Shown here piece after piece: positions 1 to 8,097 of a DNA stretch of 64,000 nt. Location: positions 4,685 through 68,684 of the forward strand of contig JANXEK010000005.1 in assembly GCA_025058595.1 (NCBI GenBank). The letters are read 5' to 3'. Origin of the DNA: Candidatus Bathyarchaeota archaeon. GTDB lineage: Archaea > Thermoproteota > CALKCG01 > B24 > DRYS01. The notes below the pieces were generated by a model. That model saw nothing but the letters and a program-made list of their open reading frames with translations, did no database searches and was not told the DNA's origin. Position numbers and translations under genes: made by a program. Numbering within the stretch: position 1 is the stretch's first letter; the number at the start of each line of letters is the position of its first letter.

Positions 1-293
1 ATAGAAGCATAGCCCCTCATCCTATAGTCTGGATGCGTACATACACATCCGATAAGACCAACCTTAAATCGTATCCCGTAGAAGTATAGCCAACCTTCCC
101 ATATACTTAGATGAGAAACTATCCTACTATCACACGTTATAACCCTTAGATTCTCTACATTCTCCTCGCAGAATACATGAGGGAAAACTTTATTGATAGA
201 TATCCCATACCTATCGAAACCGAACATCCAGCTTACAAGCTTAACGATCTCAGGAAGTTCTCCAACGATAGCAGCTCTAGGCCCCTCAAACAT
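1..293 (-). CDS. GNAT-family (Eis-like) acetyltransferase, 3' end outside window
   Basis: Manual translation from ATG at 293: MFEGPRAAIVGELPEIVKLV...KVGLIGCVCTHPDYRMRGYAS, containing GNAT motif A (V.T.P.YR..G.A). Not in ORF track because it is truncated. Confidence 0.8.
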   Translation of the reverse strand, partial: MFEGPRAAIVGELPEIVKLVSWMFGFDRYGISINKVFPHVFCEENVENLRVITCDSRIVSHLSIWEGWLYFYGIRFKVGLIGCVCTHPDYRMRGYAS

Positions 294-327
294 GCCCCTC
301 GACCCTATAGAACCTAGAATACACTAT

Positions 328-363
328 ATAATATGGCTTACCATAATAATATGGCTTACCATA
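328..363. repeat. Perfect 18-bp tandem duplication, each unit containing the palindrome TATGG-N4-CCATA
   Basis: ATAATATGGCTTACCATA at 328-345 and 346-363, in the intergenic region between divergent GNAT and mscL genes. Confidence 0.9.
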
Positions 364-544
364 TATGCTAGATTAGCTCTTTAGCCTACGTCAACATTCA
401 GGCGATCTATGGGTAGACGTCTGTCTTTTAGCTTATTTACCGGGCTAATCGTAACCCTAGAAGTTTATATTAATATTAGTTAATCTAGAGAAAGACTGCA
501 TAGATTTAAATAGTTAAAAATCATACAACATATCGGATGGGAAA

Positions 545-920
545 ATGCAGAAAAGTGTAGAGGAAGAGATTCTAAGCATCCTTAGAGAGATTAAAGATCT
601 CCTAACACCGAAGCCTCCCCACCCTCCCCGCCGCCTAAAGGTTTGATAGCCGAATTCAAAGATTTCATATCGAAGTATAGGGTTATGGGCATGGCTGTAG
701 CTTTCATCCTGGGTTTATACCTCGGAGCACTAGTTCAATCTCTCGTAAACGATATACTAATGCCCATAATAGAACTCGCAACCCCAGGTATACCTTGGGA
801 AGAGGTTACGGTAGGTCCATTCCGTATAGGTAGCTTCATAGGTAGCCTAACAACATTCCTGATAGTAGCCTTCATAATATTCTTAATCGTAAAATAACGA
901 AGAAATGGGGTATAGAGTAG
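545..920 (+). CDS. mscL: MscL-family mechanosensitive channel with two apparent 1-nt frameshifts (sequence error or pseudogene)
   Basis: EFKDFISKYRVMGMAVAFILG...LVNDILMP...GSFIGSLTTFLIVAFIIFLIVK is the MscL core. Adding one C at ~617-620 joins the upstream ATG 545 frame (MQKSVEEEILSILREIKDLL), and one A at ~891-894 gives the ending KITKKWGIE*. Confidence 0.8.
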
Positions 921-1128
921 CCTCAACAATATAAGTTACATTATCCAACATATAACCTATTTTTTCAGGTAAATCTAGCATATATTTCTATGATATTTAA
1001 ATCTTCCTAGCTTTAGCTCTATTTATAAGTTAAAATACTCATAAGAATGTTTAATATATAGGTGTTAGATATCTATTAGATCCTCAATTTAAAGGTAAGA
1101 TTTAATGCAAGTTCTTCGTAAAAATATA

Positions 1129-1845
1129 TTAAGATTCCGTTTTCAATTCACTTATTACTCTCGGGGTTAGATCTCCGCTCCACTTTAAGATCCATATTCC
1201 ATGAGCTTTAGCATATTCCAGAGCTGATGGGATAGCATAATCTGTATATACTACTTTTATGAGTTTAGGTTTCAGTAGATCGGGGCTCATCCGCTTTATA
1301 AGCTCTATCTTCTCCTCCAGCTCTTCTAGTAGCTTAACTCCTAGTCTAACAGCTGCTTCTCCGACTATACAAAGATCGTTAGAAGCTCCGTAGGTGTTCG
1401 GCTCCTTCCTACCCACCCAAACCCTATCTAACGTTAATTCTACCCCTAATTCATTCTTCAACCTAATTCTAACAATATCCCTCGCTTCATCCTCTATACT
1501 CATTGTGACCCTTTCGAAGCTAGTCCTAATTTCGTTTAAATTCACCAATATATTCTCCTGATTTTCTCTTAGATCTTTGACTTCCATCCATAGCTTCTCC
1601 TGATTTTCTCTTAGACTCTTTACCTCGATCCATAGTTTCTCCTGATTCTCCCAAAGCCTCTTCTGCCCCTCATATAGATTCGATATCTTTTCGTGTAGAT
1701 CGATTATATGGGAATCTATAGAATCAAGTCTTTTGATAACCTCAGATAAACCTAGATAACCCGCTATAGCATACCTAAACTCTAAATCCTCTTCAAGCGC
1801 CTTCAATATCCTAGTCTTCTCCTCTTTCGAAAGAGTTTCCATCAC
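1129..1845 (-). CDS. Coiled-coil repeat protein with C-terminal PD-(D/E)XK-like domain (archaeal DUF1626/DUF3782-like)
   Basis: N-terminal ALEEDLEFRYAIAGYLG, heptad repeats ENQEKLW.EVK.LR, C-terminal LCIVGEAAVRLG...AKAHGIWIL typical of this paralogous archaeal family. Confidence 0.65.
   Translation of the reverse strand: MMETLSKEEKTRILKALEEDLEFRYAIAGYLGLSEVIKRLDSIDSHIIDLHEKISNLYEGQKRLWENQEKLWIEVKSLRENQEKLWMEVKDLRENQENILVNLNEIRTSFERVTMSIEDEARDIVRIRLKNELGVELTLDRVWVGRKEPNTYGASNDLCIVGEAAVRLGVKLLEELEEKIELIKRMSPDLLKPKLIKVVYTDYAIPSALEYAKAHGIWILKWSGDLTPRVISELKTES
1553..1655. repeat. Intragenic 42-bp tandem repeat (about 2.5 copies)
   Basis: TTCTCCTGATTTTCTCTTAGA...ATCCATAG units start at 1553 and 1595, partial unit at 1637; they encode 14-aa coiled-coil repeats. 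Confidence 0.85.
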
Positions 1846-1976
1846 ACCTACACTCTATATGAAATCTCCCTACCACTCATTATTAAAGTTCACGTAGATA
1901 TCCAAAACATCCGGTATCTGTCTGGATACATGATATTCCTTAAGCGTAAATGGAATGGGTCGGGAGAAGTAAAAAG

Positions 1977-2051
1977 TGGGCCGGGAGAGATTCGAACTCT
2001 CGACCTTCCGGTTATCAGCCGGACGCTCTGACCAGGCTGAGCTACCGGCCC
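1977..2051 (-). tRNA. tRNA-Ile(GAT)
   Basis: GGGCCGGTAGCTCAGCCTGGTCAGAGCGTCCGGCT-GAT-AACCGGAAGGTCGAGAGTTCGAATCTCTCCCGGCCCA; full cloverleaf followed by a T5 tract. Confidence 0.97.
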
Positions 2052-2087
2052 TAACGGGTATTTTTGGTAGATCCAGGTATAAAGGAT

Positions 2088-2516
2088 TTACTTCACCCTT
2101 ACGAGTTTACTTCTACCCATGATCCTCCAATACTCGACTTCCACTCCGGCCGCTAACCTATCCCTTCCTTCTAGATCCTCAGGTATACTTACCTCGAATA
2201 CTTCGAACGTCTCCGTATCCATAATCTGGGCGCTATCGCCTACCACCGATACTATCTGTCCAGTTCTTTTATCTACTATAGGTATATCGATCGTAGCGTC
2301 TACCGGGGATACTATCGATCTTTTAACGTTATCGAATAAACCTATACCTACTATCCGCGCCTTAGCGCTTCCATGTTTCGGAGCCTAGAGGCTTCGATCG
2401 CCTTACTAGGCTTTTCCGGGTTTAGATTTATCTACGGATAACACTCGACATGGCTCCCCATCTATAACCACATACATACCAGGTTTAACAGAACCTACAT
2501 CCGAAGGCCTACTCAT
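2088..2516 (-). CDS. eif5a: Translation factor aIF5A, two exons (2516-2413 and 2376-2088), 130 aa after splicing
   Basis: Exon 1 [35 protein letters not shown]; exon 2 [26 protein letters not shown]...[12 protein letters not shown]...[17 protein letters not shown]. Clear aIF5A sequence with SD-like GGTGGGGG upstream. Confidence 0.95.
2377..2412 (-). other. Candidate 36-nt bulge-helix-bulge/loop pre-mRNA intron in aIF5A
   Basis: AGCCUAGUAAGGCGAUCGAAGCCUCUAGGCUCCGAA. Central helix CGGA/UCCG, AAA bulge position on each strand, inner stem GCCUAG/CUAGGC. Canonical cuts regenerate the AAA Lys codon. Confidence 0.88.
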
Positions 2517-2565
2517 AAGCTACCCCCACCTATTCTATCGTTCCTCCAATTTAAAAATGTCTCGT

Positions 2566-3012
2566 CTAAGGGTAGACCACCTTAGGTTCCAGATCTAAGC
2601 TTCTATAGATCGATACTATACTATCTACGGCTAACGATCTATCTAAGCCTAGATAGTGTAGATGAGCTTTACATCCATACTTACAATCAGATGAGCCGAA
2701 GCCTACGATCGGTCTAGCTCTCCTAGATAACATAGATGCTACTCTATGCTCGAAGCTCTGTATACATTCAGCGTAGATTACAGCCTCTAAATCTGCTTCT
2801 AATAGAAGATAGTCTATGTGCCAGAACGGCTTACGTACGCTCCTATCCAGATACCTGGAGATCCTACTTTCTAAGTTGAACCCACCTCTACCCATAGCAG
2901 ACCCGGTATAGCCGTAGAAGCCCCTATCGAAAGCTACCGCTCCAAGCCTACCTACCCTTACGGATCTCCCCGAAGATAATCCTAAGATAACGGTATAGAC
3001 ACCTCTAGACAT
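2566..3012 (-). CDS. GIY-YIG (Uri superfamily, DUF123) endonuclease-like protein
   Basis: GVYTVIL...GFYGYTGSAMG, WHIDYLL and GFGSSDC..C.AHL motifs. Confidence 0.85.
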   Translation of the reverse strand: MSRGVYTVILGLSSGRSVRVGRLGAVAFDRGFYGYTGSAMGRGGFNLESRISRYLDRSVRKPFWHIDYLLLEADLEAVIYAECIQSFEHRVASMLSRRARPIVGFGSSDCKYGCKAHLHYLGLDRSLAVDSIVSIYRSLDLEPKVVYP

Positions 3013-3069
3013 ACAGCTGTTATAGTAAGCTTTAGCTATCCCCTATAAGGTTTACAATATCTGTTAGGG

Positions 3070-3645
3070 TTGCTTGAACGTATAAGACGAATAGTAGCAG
3101 GGTATATAGATTCGGTAGCATCGATAGCTGTTAAGCTTAAGCTTACACCTGGATCCATATGCCTGCTAGGCTTACTATCCGCTTCCGCTTCAGGTCTCCT
3201 ATTGTATATGTACGGATCTAAACTCCTCCTATACGCCTCCATACTCATACTGTTATCAGGGTTTATGGATGCGCTCGATGGAGCGGTAGCTAGGTTAACG
3301 AATAGAGTCTCTAAGTTCGGGGCATTCCTAGATTCCACAGTAGATCGAGTGGAAGAATCGATAATACTAGGCGGTATTATACTGGGTGGTTTATGCGATG
3401 CATCTGTAGGCCTAGTAGCTTTAGTGGGGAGCCTTTTGACAAGCTATATGAGAGCTAGGGCTGAATCTATCGGTGTAAACCTTGCAGGCATCGGTTTAGG
3501 CGAGAGAGCTGAACGTATACTCATCCTAGGGCTTCTAACGATGGCTGGATACCCGGATATAGCTATAGCACTAATAGCTGTGGTATCTACGGTTACATCC
3601 ATACATAGATTTCTATACGTCTACGTTAAGTCTAGAAGCTTGTGA
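3070..3645 (+). CDS. CDP-alcohol phosphatidyltransferase (archaetidylinositol-phosphate synthase-like)
   Basis: DALDGAVAR....SKFGAFLDSTVDR signature; SYMRARAES...GERAER. Confidence 0.9.
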   Translation: MLERIRRIVAGYIDSVASIAVKLKLTPGSICLLGLLSASASGLLLYMYGSKLLLYASILILLSGFMDALDGAVARLTNRVSKFGAFLDSTVDRVEESIILGGIILGGLCDASVGLVALVGSLLTSYMRARAESIGVNLAGIGLGERAERILILGLLTMAGYPDIAIALIAVVSTVTSIHRFLYVYVKSRSL

Positions 3646-4723
3646 AGCTATCCACAGCCTTCTGATCTAACCTCTTAACAACCTCATATACTAGCTTTAC
3701 GGCGTTAGCTAAATCGGATAAGTTCACCATAGATGTATGCGTATGTATATGTCTTGTAGGAACCCCTACAACTATACTAGGACATCCAGCTCTACTTATA
3801 TGGATCCTCCCAGCATCCGTACCGCCTCTAGCATGGCTAAGCTGATACGGTATCCCGCATTCCTCAGCTACGTTTATAACGAACTCTTTGAAAAGCTGGT
3901 TAGGTATCATAGAGTTATCGTACGTTACTATGGTAGGCCCCCTACCTAGCTTAGCGGGAGCAACCGAAGGTTTAACGTCAGGTATATCCCCGGCTATATC
4001 CACCTCTGCGACTATAGCTACATCAGGATCCACTACATGGGCTACGGTACTCGCTCCTCTTAACCCCACCTCCTCTTGAACCGTAGCAGCTCCATACACC
4101 GTATTAGGATGATCCGTAACCTCCATCTTAAACCTCTTAACAACCTCTAAAGCTATGAAAGCGCCTATCCTATCATCGAAAGCCTTCCCTATCGCAGCCC
4201 TACCACCGTTTATCAATGTGAACGGAGACCAAGGGATTATAGGATCGCCTATCCTAACGCCTAAAGCTTCAGCCTCCTCCCTACTCGATACACCTATATC
4301 TATGAACATATCGCTCATCTTAACAACCTTATCCCTTTCCTCTGGTGTAAGTATATGCGGAGGCTTAGCAGCTATAACCCCCGTCAGATCGCCCTTTCGA
4401 GTCCTTACTAAGACCCTTTGGGATAGTAGCGTCTGATCGAACCATCCTCCTAGAGGATCGAACGATAGGAAGCCCGTATCCTTATCTATACCTGAAACTA
4501 CGAATCCAACTTCATCTATATGTCCAGCTATGAGAACCCTAGGCCTATCCGACGACCCCTTCTTAACGAATATCACAGATCCAAGTTTATCCGTAAACAC
4601 GTGATCAGCATACTTAGAAGCCTCCCCCTTAACTATGGATGCAGTCTCCCTCTCAAACCCCGCCGGACCGAATGAATCGCATAAAGCTTTAAGCACAGAT
4701 ATACTCTCCTCATCCAGATACAT
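3632..4723 (-). CDS. M42 family aminopeptidase (TET-like)
   Basis: AGHIDEVG, GKAFDDRIG, TVQEEVGLRGA, GGTDAG, RHIHT metal-binding motifs. Confidence 0.93.
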   Translation of the reverse strand: MYLDEESISVLKALCDSFGPAGFERETASIVKGEASKYADHVFTDKLGSVIFVKKGSSDRPRVLIAGHIDEVGFVVSGIDKDTGFLSFDPLGGWFDQTLLSQRVLVRTRKGDLTGVIAAKPPHILTPEERDKVVKMSDMFIDIGVSSREEAEALGVRIGDPIIPWSPFTLINGGRAAIGKAFDDRIGAFIALEVVKRFKMEVTDHPNTVYGAATVQEEVGLRGASTVAHVVDPDVAIVAEVDIAGDIPDVKPSVAPAKLGRGPTIVTYDNSMIPNQLFKEFVINVAEECGIPYQLSHARGGTDAGRIHISRAGCPSIVVGVPTRHIHTHTSMVNLSDLANAVKLVYEVVKRLDQKAVDSFTSF

Positions 4724-4810
4724 CCCAGGAAGTCACCTCTACGAGAAATAGCATATGCTAGTTGTGGATAAAGCTTATCAATATCCAGGTACGTTAAACT
4801 ATAGGTAGGT

Positions 4811-4936
4811 CCCGCGGTAGCTCAGCCTGGAAGAGCGTCCGGCTGTAGGCCCCGCCCGAGTTTAGGCGGAGTTATATCAGCCTTCCAGGCGACAGAAACC
4901 GGATGGTCGCAGGTTCAAATCCTGCCCGCGGGACCA
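4811..4936 (+). tRNA. tRNA-Tyr(GTA) with 49-nt intron at 37/38 (4849-4897), CCA encoded
   Basis: CCCGCGGTAGCTCAGCCTGGAAGAGCGTCCGGCTGTAG [intron] ACCGGATGGTCGCAGGTTCAAATCCTGCCCGCGGGACCA; splice helix CUGU/ACAG with AGG and AAA bulges. Confidence 0.95.
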
Positions 4937-4986
4937 TCTCTCTATATTGATAAGCTTTTATCGTAAAATATCTCCCACCTAATACT

Positions 4987-5532
4987 ATGCCTCGTCATAT
5001 CGTTCTATGGCTTTCGATCCTATCGATATCGATCCCCTTAACCTCCATAGCCATATCCATAGCTCTATCTAGTTGGTTCAGTATAATAGATAACGCTTTA
5101 AGCGATCTAGGTCACGCTACACGTAGCCCTGTAGCTCCTATATTTAACTTTGGGTTGAGTTTAGGCGGTCTTTTAGTATCCATAGTATCGGCGTCATATC
5201 TTGGTAAAGCACATAGGATACTATCTGTAGGCGGGGTTTTAGTAGGATATACACTGATACTAGTCGCCGTATTCGATGAAGTGTATCGAAACCTGCATTT
5301 CACGGTATCCGTAGCATTCTTTCTATCCATAGCTTTAATGCTATCGATCTACGCTTATATCTACAAGAATCTACCGGCGATACTTGCTCTATCTCTAGGG
5401 TTAACAGCATGGATCCTACATCTAGCTTACAGGATACCTAGAGGTGCTGCTATACCTGAGCTAATCTCGGTGATCGTAGTTATACCCTTCTACCTAGATC
5501 TAGCTAGGAAGATCGACTCATCCATGAGTTAA
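4987..5532 (+). CDS. DUF998-family membrane protein
   Basis: WFSIIDNALSDLG...PIFNFGL, LVAVFDEVY..LHF.VS; multiple TM segments. Confidence 0.75.
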   Translation: MPRHIVLWLSILSISIPLTSIAISIALSSWFSIIDNALSDLGHATRSPVAPIFNFGLSLGGLLVSIVSASYLGKAHRILSVGGVLVGYTLILVAVFDEVYRNLHFTVSVAFFLSIALMLSIYAYIYKNLPAILALSLGLTAWILHLAYRIPRGAAIPELISVIVVIPFYLDLARKIDSSMS

Positions 5533-5556
5533 CCTACAGCTTCAATACTACCAAGT

Positions 5557-6093
5557 CTACTCGACTCCACCTACCTCCCTCTCTAAGTTTACTATATCGC
5601 TAGGCTTCAATACAGATATACCTGTTACAGGACCTACTACCTCTATGAGAACTATTTTATCTGGATTCTCTAGATCGACCTTCCTATCTATCAGCTTAGC
5701 AGTCTCAGCTATTATCTCCCTACTACCTAGCTGTGTATGCCTCTTCTCGATAGTTATACGGAACTTCTCCTCGTACCTTATAATATCCTTCAGATCTTTA
5801 ACAGCATCCACTATAGCTTCGATCTTAGATTGCACACACCTTTGTATAGGTATAATCCTCCTAACAACCCCTACCCTATCAGGATTCACCTTTACGTAAT
5901 CTCTAATCCTCCTAGCAGCCTCTATAGGATCCAATCTTGTTCTAGCTAGTATAAGCCCGCTAACATCTGTCTCCCACGCTTCAGCTTCACTATCCCCAAC
6001 TTCTGATAGAAGATCCTTTATACCGTATACCGCATCGAACTCAGCTCCTCTAGGACAAGTTACTATAAGGTTAAACACCCTAAGCTCTCTCAT
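5557..6093 (-). CDS. THUMP-domain RNA-binding protein (Tan1-like)
   Basis: KFRITIEKRHTQLGSREII...KVDLENPDKIVLIEVVG THUMP signature. Confidence 0.88.
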   Translation of the reverse strand: MRELRVFNLIVTCPRGAEFDAVYGIKDLLSEVGDSEAEAWETDVSGLILARTRLDPIEAARRIRDYVKVNPDRVGVVRRIIPIQRCVQSKIEAIVDAVKDLKDIIRYEEKFRITIEKRHTQLGSREIIAETAKLIDRKVDLENPDKIVLIEVVGPVTGISVLKPSDIVNLEREVGGVE

Positions 6094-6209
6094 CAGTCAT
6101 CACTATACATTTAAACTTGGAACATTATAAGAATTAAACTGTTATCTAAAACCAGAATATCTATAAGGTATAAGGATGGGTAGATTCCCGGTGAGTATGG
6201 AGGTATAAG

Positions 6210-7217
6210 ATGTACATGCATAGAGCATCGATCATAATCCCTGTTAAGAATTGTGAATCGACGATAGCGGATCTTCTATCGTCTATAACTAGCTTAGATT
6301 ACCCTAAAGATCTAGTCGAAGTTATATTGGTCGACGGAGGATCGACCGATAGAACGATCGATATAGCATCCAGATACCCGGTAGAGATAATCGAGGAACC
6401 TGGTTTAGGTCCAGGTTACGGCAGAATGGTAGGCGTCAAACATTCTAGAGGTGATATACTCGCTTTCACCGATGGAGACTGTATAGTTTCGAGCAAGTGG
6501 CTTAAAGCTATATCCAGAGATCTAGAGGATTCATCGATAGGATGCGTAGGTGGAAGTATACTACTAGATAGACGCTACAGTGTAGGATTCTCGGCTAGAT
6601 ATTTCGAGGAATCCATAATAAGAGTTATGCCTCTATCACGTGAAAGGAGAATCTACGATAAGCTACTACCGTTTAAACATCTAGCTTTCGCTAACCTAGC
6701 TACCAGGAGGGATATCCTCGAAGCTCTAGGCGGCATAGATACGGAGTTTAGGACGTTCGAGGATATGGATCTACTGCAACGTATATGTGACCATGGATAT
6801 AAAATCCTCTTCGATCCGGATGTATACGTATGGCATAGACATAGGCAGAGCATCGGGGGATTATTGAAACAGGTTTATAGATACGGATCAGGAGGTCCCA
6901 GGTTTAGAAGGAAGCATCCTCGAAGCATGATAACACGGTGGTATAGGATCGGTCTAATACTATTCTATACGATCTTATCGGCTATATCTACTAGTATAGC
7001 GTTATCATCGTTCTACGGATCCCTACCTGTCGTCATAGCCTCATTACCCATAATCTTAGGGTATACCGGCGACGCCATATACTATCTTCGCAAAACTAAA
7101 TCTACGGTAAAATCTACGGTGTACCCTATACTCGATATAGCTATGATAATATCTTTCTGTCTAGGCGATACAGCATCAAATCTAAAGAGTGTATTACACC
7201 GTGGATCGAAGGCTTAA
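6210..7217 (+). CDS. Glycosyltransferase family 2 with C-terminal TM segments
   Basis: SIIIPVKN, VDGGSTDRT, FTDGDC, EDMDL, QVYRYG motifs. Confidence 0.9.
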   Translation: MYMHRASIIIPVKNCESTIADLLSSITSLDYPKDLVEVILVDGGSTDRTIDIASRYPVEIIEEPGLGPGYGRMVGVKHSRGDILAFTDGDCIVSSKWLKAISRDLEDSSIGCVGGSILLDRRYSVGFSARYFEESIIRVMPLSRERRIYDKLLPFKHLAFANLATRRDILEALGGIDTEFRTFEDMDLLQRICDHGYKILFDPDVYVWHRHRQSIGGLLKQVYRYGSGGPRFRRKHPRSMITRWYRIGLILFYTILSAISTSIALSSFYGSLPVVIASLPIILGYTGDAIYYLRKTKSTVKSTVYPILDIAMIISFCLGDTASNLKSVLHRGSKA

Positions 7218-7219
7218 TT

Positions 7220-8080
7220 CTACATAGATACATACTCGTGATAGTACTTCTCTATCTCATCCTTAGATAGTCTGCCTCTATGCAACATTATCCTATACCT
7301 GAACTTCACAGATGATCCCTTCTCTATTCTCATACTTCCATCCACATCTTTCTTACCTTCGAAATCTGATAAGCCGAAACAATTAACCGCGAAGAGTCCG
7401 TAAGCTCTTACATGCCAGTATGTAGGATGCCTAGGATTACCTGGATGATCGAGTATAGTTATACCTGCAACCTCTCCGTCAACTCTACCGGTGTAATCGC
7501 ACCATCTAGCCCTCTTACCCCAACATCGAGGTTCACCTACACCACCCTCAGAATTCGTTATTACCCCGCCGCCTACAGATTCTCTCATACTATCTACAAC
7601 CCTTAAAGCTACGGTACCCCCCTCCTTAGTATCGCCTAGAACCACATCGCTATAATCTGCCTGGAACTCTACATCGTAATCTATAAACCTGATATCGCCT
7701 AAAGTCTTCCAGAATACTATAGTCCTACATTCATTCATAAGCTTATCACCAGCCTTAGAAAGCCATATATTCATAGAATTCAACACACACCTATCTCCTC
7801 TTAGGGATACGGTCGGATGATCTACGCACTTTATAAACCCTGCATCAGGTCTTTCACTCCATATATCCACACCGTTTACGCTACCATGAGCCGTCCACAG
7901 CGATCTATGATGTATATGATCCGGCGGTTCATCTCTAGTTATCATAATACCTCCAGGAGCATAGAGAGGATAGAAATACGGTTTACGAACATTCTCGCCA
8001 TACCTGTACACAGCTACTAATACATCATTCTCCGACACTTCTAGGAATCCATTCTTAACCAGACGTATAGAGAATACCAT
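7220..8080 (-). CDS. PmoA-like family protein (not a methane monooxygenase subunit; function unknown, often sugar-catabolism associated)
   Basis: KPYFYPL, DHIHHRSLW.AHG.VNG.D.W, DTKEGG, WGKRARWCDY.G, DHPGNPRHPTYWHVR.YGLF. Confidence 0.75.
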   Translation of the reverse strand: MVFSIRLVKNGFLEVSENDVLVAVYRYGENVRKPYFYPLYAPGGIMITRDEPPDHIHHRSLWTAHGSVNGVDIWSERPDAGFIKCVDHPTVSLRGDRCVLNSMNIWLSKAGDKLMNECRTIVFWKTLGDIRFIDYDVEFQADYSDVVLGDTKEGGTVALRVVDSMRESVGGGVITNSEGGVGEPRCWGKRARWCDYTGRVDGEVAGITILDHPGNPRHPTYWHVRAYGLFAVNCFGLSDFEGKKDVDGSMRIEKGSSVKFRYRIMLHRGRLSKDEIEKYYHEYVSM

Positions 8081-8097
8081 CCCACACCGCCATCCCC

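Noticed and set aside
2119-2388. 89-aa plus-strand ORF
   Set aside because: Antisense shadow of aIF5A exon 2.
2388-2408. Stop-codon readthrough (Pyl/Sec) or intein as explanation for the aIF5A insert
   Set aside because: TAG is followed directly by TAA and later another TAG; readthrough would leave 12 extra residues in the invariant motif, and the insert has no intein features.
7220-8080. Methane oxidation inferred from the PmoA-like label
   Set aside because: Soluble beta-rich protein beside a sugar epimerase; no TM helices and no pmoB/pmoC.
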